A stretch of DNA of 64,000 nt. Origin: Mobula hypostoma (Eukaryota). The position numbers and the translations under genes are program-made. The notes below the pieces were generated by a model. The model did no database searches and was not told the origin of the DNA. It saw only the letters and a list, made by a program, of their open reading frames with translations. The stretch is from assembly GCF_963921235.1 (NCBI RefSeq), contig NC_086097.1, positions 43,154,001 to 43,218,000 on the forward strand, read 5' to 3'. This document shows positions 11,190 to 23,630 of the stretch, piece by piece (position 1 is the stretch's first letter; every line of letters starts with the position of its first letter).

Positions 11190-14100
11190 CTCCATAAATA
11201 AATATGAGGTACTCAATGCCATACAAGGCTGAAAGGTGGGTAAATTCCCTGGAATGGATGGGATTTATTCCAGGCTGTTATGGGATGCAAGAGAAGGGAT
11301 TGTTCGGTCTATGGCTAAGATTTTTAAATGAGATGCACTATAACTGGAGCACAGAAAATGTGATTCCTTTTCAAGAAAGACAGCAGGGCACAACCTGTGA
11401 GCCTAGCGTTAGAGATAATAAATGTATTGTAAAATATTTCAAGGGAGAGGATAAATTTCCATTGGAAAGGCAGGGATTAATCAGAGACAGCCAACATGGC
11501 TTTGTCAAAGGTAGGATCATAACTGACCAATTTGTTTAAATTTTTTGAAGAGGTAATAAATTCTATCAATGAGGGCAGGGCAGTATGCGTAATTTACATG
11601 GGTGATAGAAAAGCCTTGAAGGGTGACTGGTTTAAAAGAGCTAGTGGGATTGAAGGCAAGTTGGCAAATTAGATCCAATATTAGCTTGGCAGTAGCAGAT
11701 AGGATGATGGTAGAAGGTCATTTTTGGGAATGGATTCCCTTTGACTTGCTGTATCACACAAGGATTGGTGCTGGGACCCTTGGTGTTTGCAATACAGGTT
11801 TCCCCCGCCATCCGAAGGTAGAGCGTTCCTATGAAACGGTTTGTAAGCGGAAATGTCGTAAAGCGAAGAAGCAATTACCATTTAGTTATATGGGAAAATT
11901 TTGTGAGCATTCGCAGACCCAAAAGTAACCTACCAAATCATGCCAAATAACACATAAAACCTAAAATAACAGTAACATATAGTAAAAGCAGGAACGATAT
12001 GATAAATACACAGCCTATATAAAGTAGAAATACTTTTCAACAATCATTACTGCACTGTTCTCTGTAGCGAAAATCTCACGCAAGCGCCGTCGGCAGAATA
12101 TCTCACGCAAGTGCTGTTGGCAAAAACACGGCGCAAGTGCTCTCCAGTAACCTTTAAGCTATTAAGCTGCCAAATCATACCAAATAACACGTAAAAATAC
12201 ACAGCCTATATAAAGTAGAAATAATGTATGTACAGCATAGTATCATTTACCGGAATCGGGACAGTGCCGAGCACACTGATGATGGTGTGTTAGGCTGAGT
12301 CATCGCAGGTTGGGGTGGTGCAGTGGCCCCCACCCTCCAGGCCACCAACCGATACCGATCCGTGAAGCATGCAAGAATGCAGTAGTAGCCAGGATGCACT
12401 CAGCACATCTTTAAGAAAAAAGCCAAAATAAACATACTAATTAATTAGGTGCCGCCCAGCTCGTAAATAATTAGCATGTTTATTTTGGCTTTTTTCTTAA
12501 AGATGTGCTGTGTGCCTCCCGGCTACCGCTGCATTCTCCGCGAATCGGTATCTGTCCATGGCCTGGGGGTTGGGGTGGTGGGACACTGGGGTGTCATCTC
12601 ATCGTCGTCTGTTTCCATTAGAGCAGGCAGCTCATCTTCTCCTATGACTGCCTGCCTCGATGTCGAAGGTCGAGGTTCGTCGTTTGCTGTGGCTGATGTG
12701 GAAGGCTTGCTTGACTGCAGAGCCTCGCGCATTTTTCTGTCACACAGTTCTTTGTAAGGACGCAAACCATCTTGCAAATATCCCCTAAACCTATGTACCT
12801 TTTCAAAATTAAAGTTGTACTTTATCATTGCAGCGAAAATCTCACGCAGTTGCTTCATGTTCAGTTCGCCACTGCATTCGGTTTCAATTGTTATCCTTTT
12901 TTCTTCCAATTGCATCAGCTCTTCATCTGTCAGTTCTCGGTCATGGAATGCCAAAACATCTTCAACATCATCTTCGTCAGCTTCCACAAGCCAAACTCAC
13001 GTTGTCCTTACTTCGTTCACCACAATCAAAATGCTTAATTATGTCTAGTTTTACGCTGTGTAACACCCTTACGAGCTCTTTTAGGCTTTTCTGATACCAT
13101 AGAACTCATCTTGCAAACGACTGCTCACAGGCACGTGTTTAAGCAACGCCAGCGAGAATGCCGTTCTGAATCCGGGGGGGGGCGGCTGCTCGGGGTGTGC
13201 GCTGCCTTTTATCGCGCGCTGCTTTTTTTTTGTAACAGTGAAAACACCTTCTGAAAGCGAAAACAGGGTACTAATGTAGGTCTTTCGTAACAGTGAGGTT
13301 TCGTAAAGCGAACGTTCGAAAAGCGGGGGACACCTGTATACGTAAATGATTTGGATTGGATCAGTAAGTTTATGGATGACACAAGATTTAGCAGAGTTGT
13401 TGATAGTATGCAAGAGTTAGGCTCTCGAGAGATACCTGTGTGTTTGTGAAATGGGCTGGAAAAATTGCAAATGGAAATGAGTGAAATGAGAGGTGATGCA
13501 ATTTGGGAATATAAGTGAAGCTATGACATAAACCATGGGTCTTGGGAGGTATTCAGTGACAGGGGGACCTTGGAGTACAAATGCATAAGTCCTTGAAGGA
13601 GGTTAGGAAGGCATACGGGATACAAGTCCTTAAGAGGTAAGGAGGTTATGTTCCAACTTTATAAAAGTTCAGTTAGACTTCAACTGGAGTCACCAATGTG
13701 TAGTTCTAATCACCAAAGTGTAGGAAGGATATAATAGTGCTGGAGGGAGTGTGATGGGGATTCATCAAGATGTTATCTGGGATCAAGTAGTTCAGTTGTA
13801 AGGGGAGACTGAAGAAGCTAGGTCTGTTCTCCATGGAGTGGAGTAGGTTGAGAGGACATGAGACTAAAATTCAGAAGTATAGATGGGGCAGACTGCAGAA
13901 AACTTTTCCCCATATCAGAGCTAGATAAGATGAGAAGTTTGAGGTTTGGGGTAAAGGGAAGGAGATTTAGAAGGGAATTTATTTCACCCCAAGAGTGGTA
14001 AGTATCTGGAAGTCATTGCCTAAAAGTGGTTGAAGCTAAGTCATCAACAACATTTAAGAAATATTTAGATGAGCATGTTTCAGTTAGGTATAAAGGGGCA

Positions 14101-14200
14101 AGAATCAGATGCCTGGAAGTGGCATTGAAATGGAAGATTGCCCCTGGTCATCATGAGTGAATTGGACCAAATGGCATGTTTCCATGCTGTATGATTCTAG
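11190..14200 (+). mobile_element. Old degraded CR1 LINE split by the Tigger-like insertion
   Basis: GLIRDSQHGFVKGR near 11470. Removing 11795-13336 and one TA restores GPLVFAIYVND. CR1-like 3' end near 14190. Confidence 0.75.
11795..13336 (-). mobile_element. Non-autonomous Tigger/pogo-like DNA transposon with both TIRs
   Basis: TA target duplication at 11793-94 and 13337-38. TIRs CAGGTTTCCCCCGC / CAGGTGTCCCCCGC. Minus ORF DEDDVEDVLAFHDRELTDEELMQLEE resembles a Tigger transposase C-terminus. Confidence 0.88.
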
Positions 14201-15284
14201 GATTATCCATTTTGATGAACAAAATAAGACTGGAGTATCCTTGTATACCAGTTACAGAAAGCAGGCATTCAAGTGCAGTAAGCAGTTAAAGAAGGCAAAC
14301 AGTATGTTGGTCATAGCAAGGATGACTTACTACAGTTATAGAGACCTTTGAGATGATCCTTTAATATTATGTGCAGTTCTGGACTCTTCGTTTGTGGACA
14401 TGCCAGCCAAAGAGTACGGACTACAAAGGCTCACTGGATTGATCCCTTAAGTGTTGGAACTGCCATGTGAGGAGCAATTATGTTGGCTGGGATAGTATTT
14501 GTTAAAGCCTACAAAAAGAGTCTCTAATTGATACTTCCAAAATTCGAACAGCTGAGAATAGTTTAGAAGGGGAAATTTAACAGGGATTGGGATTGCTCTA
14601 TGATCCAGCATAGATTTTTGGGCTAGAAAGGCCCCTAAATTGCAAGAAAATACGGAGGTATGTAAATATAAAGGGAGATGGCAATATATAGTGTCAGACA
14701 TGTGAAAGTCGAAAATAATGTCTTGAGATCTGAATAGAGATGCTCTGCAAAAGGAGGTTACCCCAATCTGCCTTTGGTTTCTCCAAAGTGGAGAAGCACT
14801 GAATGCAGTACATGAGATTGAAAGATTCAAGTGAATTTCTGCTTCACTTGGAGGGACTGTTTGGGTTTCTGGATAGTGGGAAGGGAAAGGGTGGGGGAAA
14901 AAAACAGATATTGCGTTGGGAAACTGTTGTGAGAAGGTAATAAATAGGCTGCTGGAGGAACACGATGGGTTGGGCTGCATCTGTGGAAGCAATGGGTCAA
15001 GACCCTGCATCGGTCCTGAGAGTGTAAAGAAGAGAGGGGCAGTAAGAAGGGGTGAGAAGGAAGGGTAAAAGCAGTGGTTAATGGACAGAGTGAGGGGTCA
15101 TTGCTTCAGGTTACAAGGCAAAAGGTTTACAACTAGATGGGGGAAAAACCTTCAGTCAGTGGGTGGTGAAACTTGAAGTTCACTAGCATTGAGGACTGTT
15201 GCAGCTATATCAGAATATTTTAAGAAGAAAATAGCAATCATTTTAGATACAAAGGTGTTAATGAAATAGAAATACATTTACTTT

Positions 15285-16440
15285 CACTGTATATTGTGAA
15301 ATTTGTTATTTTGCAACAGCAGTTCAGTGCAAAGACACAAAAATTACTAAGTTTCACAAATAGTGCAAAAGATGAATAATGAAGTAGCATTTGGTTCATG
15401 TTCCTTTGAGAATCTGGTGACAAAGAGGAAGAAGTTGTTCCAAAATATAGAGTGTGGGTCATCAAGCTGTTGTACCTCCTCCCAAATGGTAGTAACGCAA
15501 AGAAGCTATGCTGTGGATGGTAAGGGTTTATGATGGATGCCACCTTCTAGAGCAAAGGGTTCCCAACCATTTTTATGCCATGAATCCCTACCATTAACCA
15601 AGGGGTTTGTGGACCCCAGGTTGGGAACCCCTGTTCTAGAGGCATCGCCTTTTGAGGAGGTTTTCAGTGGTGAGGAGGGTTGTACCTATGATGGAACTGG
15701 CTAAATCTACAACCCTCTGCAGCCTCTTGTCCTGTGCATTAAAGGCTGAACTGAGACTGGTACAGCTAGTCAGAATACTCTCCTCCATACATCTGTAGAG
15801 ATTTGCAAGAGTCTTTGACATTCCAAATCTCATTAAACTTCTAATGTAGTTGAGACATGGGCATGCCTCCTTCATGATTACATGTGTTGGTTCCAGGATA
15901 GACTTTCCGAGTTGCAGAAACTCAAAAACCTGAAGCTACGTGCGCTTTGCACTGCTGATTCCCTCAGAGGACTGGTGTGTGTTCCCCTGGCTTGCAATCA
16001 ACAACCAATTCCTTCGTCTTGTTGATTCTGAATGAGAGGTTGTTGCTGAGACACCACTCAACCAGCTGATTATTCCCACTCCTGTACATCTTGTCTCTAT
16101 CTGAGGTTCCGCCAACAATAGTGAAGTCATCAGCAAATTTATAGATGGCATGTGAACTGTGCCAAGCCACATGGCTGTGATATAGAGAGAGCAGAGCAGT
16201 AGGCTAAGCATGGATCTTTGAGGTGCACCTGTATTGATTATCTGCAAGAAGGGAATAATATTTCTGATAATGGACTTTCTGTGGTCCTCCTGATAAGTCA
16301 ATAATCTAGTTGCAGAGAAAGGTACAGGGCTCAGGTTTTGAAACTTGTTCATTAATGCTCTTGGAATGATGGTGCTGAATGCTGAAATGTAATCGATAAG
16401 CAGCAGTCTGTCATATGTTTTGCTGTTGTCTAGGTACTCC
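15285..16440 (-). mobile_element. Degraded Rex1/Babar-type LINE RT 3' half
   Basis: Minus ORFs LLIDYISAFSTIIP, INTGAPQ, IYKFADD and NLYRCMEESILT. Confidence 0.75.
15553..15633. mobile_element. 81-bp hAT/Charlie-type MITE
   Basis: 8-bp TSD TTCTAGAG at 15545-52 and 15634-41. Imperfect TIRs CAAAGGGTTCCCAACC / GGTTGGGAACCCCTG. Confidence 0.85.
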
Positions 16441-17688
16441 AAGGGATATGGGAAACATCAGGAATTTGATATTGAGATAAATGGTGAGCCACGATTTTGC
16501 CAAATGGTGGAGCAGGCTTGAAGGGTCAAATGCCCTACTCTGCTCCTGTTTTCTATGTTTCTTTTAATTTTTTATTTTTATTTGGATAAGGAATTCACAA
16601 GTAAAATGAACTTTTTTCACATGTATAACCTTTTCCATTTTTTTAATATATGTATAAATCTATAATTATTTATACATTCCTAAGTACACATTAAGATGAT
16701 ATAAAAAGAAAATAGACACTTAAATAGATAATTATGTGCAGTTGAAATTCTACTCTATTAGGTTAAGTAATGATGTTGTTAAGAAAAATAGTAATAATAG
16801 TGGATTAATAATAGTTTCCATATTTCTCTTCTGGACCATTTCTTTCTGGTCCAAATTATTGTATGTAAGTCTATGTAACTACCATTGTAGGTGTTTATAT
16901 CCTAACTTGTTCATGTTTGCTCCTACCCCCAAACATAATTATCTAATCCCTTGGTACTTATTTACTTAATTTTATCATTTTTTATCCCTTTCCCAAATCT
17001 TTTCCTTGTGTTAATTCTCCATTTTCCAAAAAAAGAAAAAAAAACAAAAACAGTAAACATTTAGACCGGGGTGCTTACGTTAGCAATATTACTGTGTTGA
17101 TGAGAAGAGCAGTGTAAATCATTAGGAGAGTCATCTAAAGTCTGCTCGCTTTGGGGTTATATATTCAATCCATTTATTCCAAATTTGATAAAATTTTGTT
17201 TTCTATGTTTCTAAGATTTAATTTTAGTTTTCTGTATGTCAACATGTTCCTAAATTCACTTTTGAAGTTCATCATTAGTGGAAATTGGACAGGTCATTTA
17301 GAACGAGTTGATCAAACGCCTTTTCCAAATGTTTTAGTTTCGTTATTTCATTATTTTTCTGGATTAGTATTTATAAATAGCACTGAGTTAATTTGTGAAT
17401 GAGAAGTTATTTGTGACCTAATTCAATGTTTACATTTTTCACCAATACTTACGAAGGTTTGGATGGATATTTCATAAGCAAGTCTAGCCAGGCTGTACAA
17501 AGACATACATAACTAAAGCTGAATAATTGAATGGGTTTTCATAATTATATGTAGGTATGTTAGTAAGATTCTTATTTAAACTATATAACTTCCGATTTGT
17601 TAAACTTATTTGCAACCACTGAAAAATGTACATGGCCAAGCTGCATTACTTTCAAATAATCTCCTTCATTGTTTAGAAATTGTGAAAT

Positions 17689-17883
17689 ATGGCCAATGAA
17701 AATGAAGACCTACATATAGTACTGGAGGAGGACGATGATGATGATGAAGAGGAAGAAATTGATGTTGATTTTTTCTGGGCTAGAATTCCACGATCAAATT
17801 TTCATGATTCTATACCAGAAGAACGTAGTGGTCACATAGCTGTAGCATATGGAAACTATATGTACGTTCTGGGTGGCTATAAG
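17689..17883 (+). CDS. KLHDC2: KLHDC2 coding exon 1 (acceptor AG at 17675-76, 12-nt UTR, then ATG)
   Basis: MANENEDL...PEERSGHIAVAYGNYMYVLGGYK matches the first kelch repeat of KLHDC2. Donor AAG|GTAAGA. Confidence 0.92.
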
Positions 17884-18139
17884 GTAAGATAATATGAACT
17901 GCATCATCTGTTTTAATTTTTGAAATAAACACAATTTAGTGTTCTGTTTACTTCTCTTGTATTTCTTACCTCTTTAAAATAAATTCAGGCAATCCAGATC
18001 ATATTTGCAATTGTACTTATGGGCTAATTAGTTGTGAGTTGAGATAAAAGGACATAGTGTAAAATAAAGCAAATGATATTATTTCAGTTAGAGTATTTTA
18101 CAGAAATTCTCTGTGTTATCAGAAATGAGGCTAGTCTGA

Positions 18140-19510
18140 GAAAGAGTAGATGCCCTTGGGGATCAAAGTGATAATTTATACGTAGAACCAAGTGATGGGG
18201 TTAAGGTCCTAAATGAATAACTATCATCTAATATTTGCCAATGAGAGTGACATGGAAGATAATCAGTTCACAGAGAGGTGTGTAGATAAACTGAAGCAGG
18301 TGGGTATCGAGGAGGAGGTATAGGATGTTGTGGGACAGGTGAGAGTTGATTAAGCCCCTGACCAGGATAAGATCTGTACTAGGTAGCTATGGGAAGCAAA
18401 AGAGAAGATGGCTGGAGTCCTGATGGAAATGTTTTCTTCTAGTCACCCATAAGTGAGGTGCCAAAAGATTGAAGGATAGCTAATGTTTCTTCACTTAAGG
18501 ACAGCAGAGAATAGCCAGGTAAATTTAGGTGGTGAGCTTTATATCAGCGTTGGGAAATTACTGGAGAAAATCTTCAGGTATGTGTACATTTGGAAAGGAT
18601 GTGGCTGGTTAGGGATGTTGACATGGCTTTGTGCAAAGAAATCCTGTCATACTGATGCAGCCAGAGATTTGCTGCAGTGCTTGGAAATCTTGTTCTTTAT
18701 GATATACTGTATATTGACTTGGATGGAAATGTAGGAGGCATTATTGCAAGTATACAGGTAACAAGATGTTCTGGATAGGGCGGGAAGTTGTTGTAAGAAT
18801 ACGGCAGAATATTGATAAGACGGAAAGTTGGGGAGGAGTGCTAGCAGATAGAATGTAATCCCAATTGGGATGATGCATTTTAGGAAGTTAAATTGGGGTA
18901 GGATGAATATAGTGAAAGTTACAGCACTAAGGCATGTTGATGAGCAGAGGGACCATATTTCCTTGGAAGTGACAATATGTGACAATATGAGTCAATAGGA
19001 AGAGAAGAAGGCAAGTTGGAATGAAACGTTGCAACTTTACAAAACACTGGATAGACCACATTTGGAATATTGTTGCTACACAATTAAGAGGATGTAGTTG
19101 GGCTGAATAGAATGTAGAGAAGATTCACCAGGATGATGCCAGAATTGGAATCCTTCAGTTTTAGGGAGAGATTGAATATGCTGAATTTGTTTTCCCCAGA
19201 TGATCTGATAGAGGTACATGAAGCATAGATAGGGTAGGAGTATCAAAATACAAGAACATGGATTAAGGTGAAAGAAGTTTTAAAGAGGATTTAAGAGGAA
19301 AGTTGTTTTTTTTTCCCCCCCACAGTAAGTGGTTGATATCTGTAACTCACTGTGAGGAAGTTGTGGAGTCGGATACAATCACTACATCTGATATGTGGAC
19401 AAACACTTAAATAGCAAGGTCTAGAAGGTTACAGACCTTGAGCGAGCAAAATAGTGTAGGAAAAGGTTTGCGTAGATATGATGCGGCCCAGTTCTGTGCT
19501 ATGATCTATG
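18140..19510 (+). mobile_element. Highly decayed CR1 LINE
   Basis: Residual CR1 RT landmarks (VGKLLEKI; LDRPHLEYC-coding near 19050; RRFTRM-coding near 19120). Confidence 0.6.
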
Positions 19511-20319
19511 CAGTGATGGGATTACTTGAGATTGTCAAAATAATTTGCTCAAAAGTATTCTGTAGAGTCACAAAACTATCAACAATAGAAGAAAAGTACA
19601 TTTAACAATCAAGTCTGTGCCAGTACAGTCTCTGTCTACTTTTTTTTTGCCACTAATCCTGCAAACCTTTCCTTTAAAGAATTTGTTCCTTATTTTGAAA
19701 GTTTTGTTTGGGCAGTAGCAACAGTTTCAATTAATGAATTCCAGATATTGGCCACCCATTCTGTGCAGAAAATTTTTCCTTCTGCTGGCATTCGACAGCA
19801 TCCACAGAAGATTGACAAGAATTATTCTGGGAACAAAAAGGTTAATATAAGAGGAGCATTTGATGGCTCTGAGACTGTACTCACTAGAGCTTAGAAGAAT
19901 GAGAGGGATCTCAAAACCTATCGAATATTGAAAGGTGTAGATAAGAACGTTGTGAAGAGGATGTTTCCTGTACAGGGGGAGCCTTGGACCAGAGGACACA
20001 ACCCCAGAAAAGAAGGATATCTCTTTAGAGCAGAATGATGAATTTCTTTAGCCAGTGGGTGGTGAGCCTGTGGGATTCCTTGCTACAGACAGCCGTGGAG
20101 TCCAATGCCTAAAACTGCTCACAATGCTCCAAACGTTGTCTGAACTTCACTCTTACCATTGGAGCCATGAATTTCTGATTCTGCTAATACGGAACCTCAG
20201 TATGTTCCAGCAAGTTATTTTAAATTTCTTTTTTTTTCTGATTTTCTTATAGAGGATGTGACAGTGGCACAGATAGCAGAGGTAAAGATTAAAGATGAGC
20301 TTGTCACATGTACATCAGA

Positions 20320-20570
20320 ATAGTTGGCCTGTGTCAATGACCAAAGCAATCCTCAATGTTTTTGGGCAGCCCGAAAATGTTGCCATGCTTGCATCACCAA
20401 CATAGCATGCCCACGCCAACAACTTATGAACCCTAACTGGTATGTCTTTGGAATGTGGGAGGAAGCCCATGTGGTCACGGAGAGGACATACTAACTCCTT
20501 ACAGACAGCGGTGGACGTGGACCCTGATCTTACAGCTGGCACTATAAAGCATTACACTAACCAGTATACT
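20320..20570 (-). mobile_element. V-domain SINE (minus)
   Basis: Reverse complement contains CTGTAAGGAGTTAGTATGTCCTCTCCGTGACCACATGGGCTTCCTCCCACATTCCAAAGAC. Confidence 0.65.
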
Positions 20571-20589
20571 GCTGGGCCAACCGAAGAAG

Positions 20590-20860
20590 TACCGGAGATC
20601 CAGGTTCAATCCTGATCTTGGGTACCATCTGTGTGGAGTTTGCATGTTTTCCTTGTGATCATGTGGGTTCCCTCCGGGTGCTCTGGTTCCTTCAGCATCT
20701 AATAGATGGTAGGTTAATTGGGTATTGTAAATTGACCTTGGTGTGTAGGTCAGCGATGAGGAAACCAGAGGAAATTAATTTTTTAAAAAGTGGGAATAAA
20801 AAAGACAGGATTAGTGTAGATGACATGGTCTTGGAGGACCATAGGGCCTCTGCCCATGAT
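20590..20860 (+). mobile_element. V-domain SINE (plus)
   Basis: GGTTCAATCC box B, then GTGTGGAGTTTGCATGTTTTCC...CCTCCGGGTGCTCTGG V-domain. Confidence 0.7.
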
Positions 20861-20950
20861 GCATCTCTCTGTGACTGCCTCTGTGTGTGAGCACTAAATG
20901 TCATCACTGTCTTGTTGTTTTTCCTGAATTGTTTTTCATTTTATTTGCAG

Positions 20951-21030
20951 AATGCTGCAATTCGAGGCTATCATGATTTCTATTTGCCAAGAGAAGAACT
21001 TTGGATCTATAACATGGAAACTGGACAATG
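20951..21030 (+). CDS. KLHDC2: KLHDC2 coding exon 2 (3' boundary ambiguous: GA donor after 21030 or weak GT after 21034)
   Basis: TTGCAG| NAAIRGYHDFYLPREELWIYNMETGQW, a highly conserved KLHDC2 peptide. Confidence 0.9.
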
Positions 21031-21334
21031 GAATGTTTTGATCTTTCTATTAATATTTTACACATTGATTTTTTTCTTTAAAAACCTGAACAGATATTGA
21101 ATTACTTGAGTTGCTTAATGTTGTGACTTGTGAACAGACAGTACACTCATTGCCAAGCTAAAGAATAGCTAGTGCTTAATTTGAAATAATTCCAGAAAAT
21201 GATGGAAATACTCAGCAGCACCAGAACAGGTTGATCAAAAGCAGGAAAAATTAGAAATCAAACTTGTTTAAAGTAACATCGAAGGGAGATGAGTAGAGAA
21301 AAGAAAGGGAGTGACTCCTATTGGGTTGCTATCA

Positions 21335-23630
21335 GGAGAAACAACCTGTTTTGTGGCTTATAGAGCGAAGATACTTGACAGAACCCCAATATGTGTCAGG
21401 TCTCATCTGGAAGAACTGATGTGGGCCCTGAATGGTGGTGAGGGATGAGGTGTAGGGGCAGGTGCAGCACTTGGCATGGCTGCAGGGATAAGCACCAGGA
21501 TGGAGATAAGTTGGGAGGAACAAGTGGGCAAGGGAATCAGATAGAAAGTGATCCCCACAGAAAGGGTGAGGAGGAAGGTAACGATCTGCTTACTGGTGGG
21601 CATGGCTGAGAATGGTGTGCTGGATACAGAGGCCTGTGGGATGAAAGTTGAGGACAAGGGGAACCCATCTTTGTTATGACAGCGGGAGGATGAAGTAAAT
21701 GTAGATGTCTGGGAAATGGAGAAGATGTGAGTAAAGGTAGCATTGATGGTGGGGGAAGGGAAAACCACCATTCCTGAGAACAGATGCGGAGATGGAGAAA
21801 CTGAGAAAAGGGAATAGTATTTTTTACAAGTGACAGGTTGGGAGGAGGTATAGTCAAGATAACTGAGGGTCAATAGGTTTGTAAAAGATGCCAGTGGATA
21901 GCCCATCTCCAGAGATGAGGGAGATCGAGAAAGGAGAGGGAAGTGTCAGAAGCGGACCAGGTAAGTTTGAGCGCAGGGTGGAAGTTGCAGGCAAAGTTGC
22001 TGAAGTTGACAAGCTCAGTGTGGGTGCAGGAAGCAATACCAAGAGTTATGGGTATTCCCAGTGTAGGTCTGGAATATTGTCTGTTCCATGTAGCTGACAA
22101 AGTCAGGCATGGCTGGGGCCCATGGCTACTGTTTTGATTTAAAGAAAGTGGGAAGCCGGAAGAGAAATTGAAGGTAAGAACCAGTTTTGCCAGATGGAGG
22201 GGAACTAGTTAGGTGTGTTGGGTATAAGAAGCAGAGAGCTTTAAGGCCTTCCTGATGAGGGATGGAAGTATGTAGGGGCTGAGTACAATCGGCCCTCCTT
22301 ATCCGTGAGTTCCGCAGGCGCAAATTCAGCCAACCGCGAATCGAGAAGACCCGGAAGTGCTCTTCCAGCACTTGCTGTTCGAGCATGTGCAGACTTTTTT
22401 TTCTTGTCATTATTCCCTAAACAATGCAGTATAACAACTATTTTACATAGCATTTACATTGTATTAGGTATTATAAGTAATCTAAAGATGATGTAAAGTA
22501 TATGGGAGGATGTGCGTGGATTATCGTAGATCGGGATCGGGGGGAAAAAAAAGTAAGTTCTCTTACTAAGTCGGAATAGGTACATTCGGTATTATTTAGC
22601 GTCAGTTAGTCAAACGTTTGCCTTAGTATATAGTATATATTTTACCTTTCTATGCATATAAAATACTTAAGAAACATATGTTTCAGTGCTGGGCTCGGGA
22701 ACAGAAGTTCCCGAGTTCGATCCAGTGACAGATCGTTCCCAAGTTCAATCCAGTGACAGACCACTCCTGAGCGCGCTGTCCATCCCTGCCGGGTTGATGT
22801 GGAGGATCAGAAACCCAAACCCCAATAATTAAACCACTGCGTTGTTGCATAATAATTGTAGCTTTAATCGAGCAGGGCCTTTCTCATTTTATTCTTTAAA
22901 ATTGTTCCGATCGTTGACTGAGTTTAGCCTAACACTTTTCCAATGACTGATGGCGTTTCACCTCTTTCTGATCGCTTTATTATTTCCACTTTATTTTAAA
23001 TCGTGATCGTGATTATTTTCCTGAACAGAAACACTGCAGATTCAGAGCTCCGCCGCCGGGTCCTAATGCCCAACGCACTGAGACAGGTGCGGGTCCGGGG
23101 TTCCGCTAGGTCCTAAGGTCCACCACATTGAGACAGGTTGAATAAGGGACTTGAGCATTCGCGTTTTTTGGTATCCGCGAGGGATCCTGGAACCAATCCC
23201 TCGCGGATAAGGAGGGCTAACTGTATCCCCAAAGTAAAAATAAGATAATCCATGCCGGGTTCTGGACGTGATAAAGAGCATGTGAAATATTGTAGCTATA
23301 CCTGTGAGTAGAAAGGCGCTGAACCAAGGGAGACAAAATGGAGTCGAGGTATGCAAACAGGAGTTCAGTGGGACAGGAGCAGGCCTAAACAATGGGCCTA
23401 TTGGGACAGATAGGTTTGTAAGATATAGAAACTAACTGCAGGGTACGGGAACTGAGGTTGGTGCCAGTGGATAGGAGATTTCCACAGTCAAGAGATTGGT
23501 GACTGTGCACAGGACAATGGCCTGGTGCTCCTCAGTGGTCCTGTACAAGAAGTAAGTAGAGGTGTCTGAGAGTTACCATTTGGCCTCTGTCTTATAGAGG
23601 TCAATCCACCAGACTACAACAGCAATACCA
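21335..23630 (-). mobile_element. Degraded Penelope-like element (RT and adjoining regions), split by a Tigger-like insertion
   Basis: Minus-strand peptides TSIPHQEGLKAL, NFHPALKLTW..SLSFLDL, IFYKP and IPFSQFLHLRICS are typical of Penelope RT. Confidence 0.75.
22286..23223. mobile_element. Non-autonomous Tigger-like DNA transposon
   Basis: TA flanks at 22284-85 and 23224-25. TIRs CAATCGGCCCTCCTTATCCG / CAGTTAGCCCTCCTTATCCG. Internal 28-bp tandem repeat near 22707-22762. Confidence 0.85.

Noticed and set aside
10117..12987. Acidic ORFs as a domesticated TIGD-like gene
   Set aside because: Only a transposase C-terminal remnant within TIR-bounded repeats; no DNA-binding or DDE domain.
16560..17140. 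AT-rich block that might be an antisense LINE 3'UTR
   Set aside because: No diagnostic motif or TSD that I can support.
22707..22762. 28-bp direct repeat resembling a CRISPR or tRNA T-arm unit
   Set aside because: Two adjacent copies with no spacer inside a eukaryotic DNA transposon; a simple tandem duplication.
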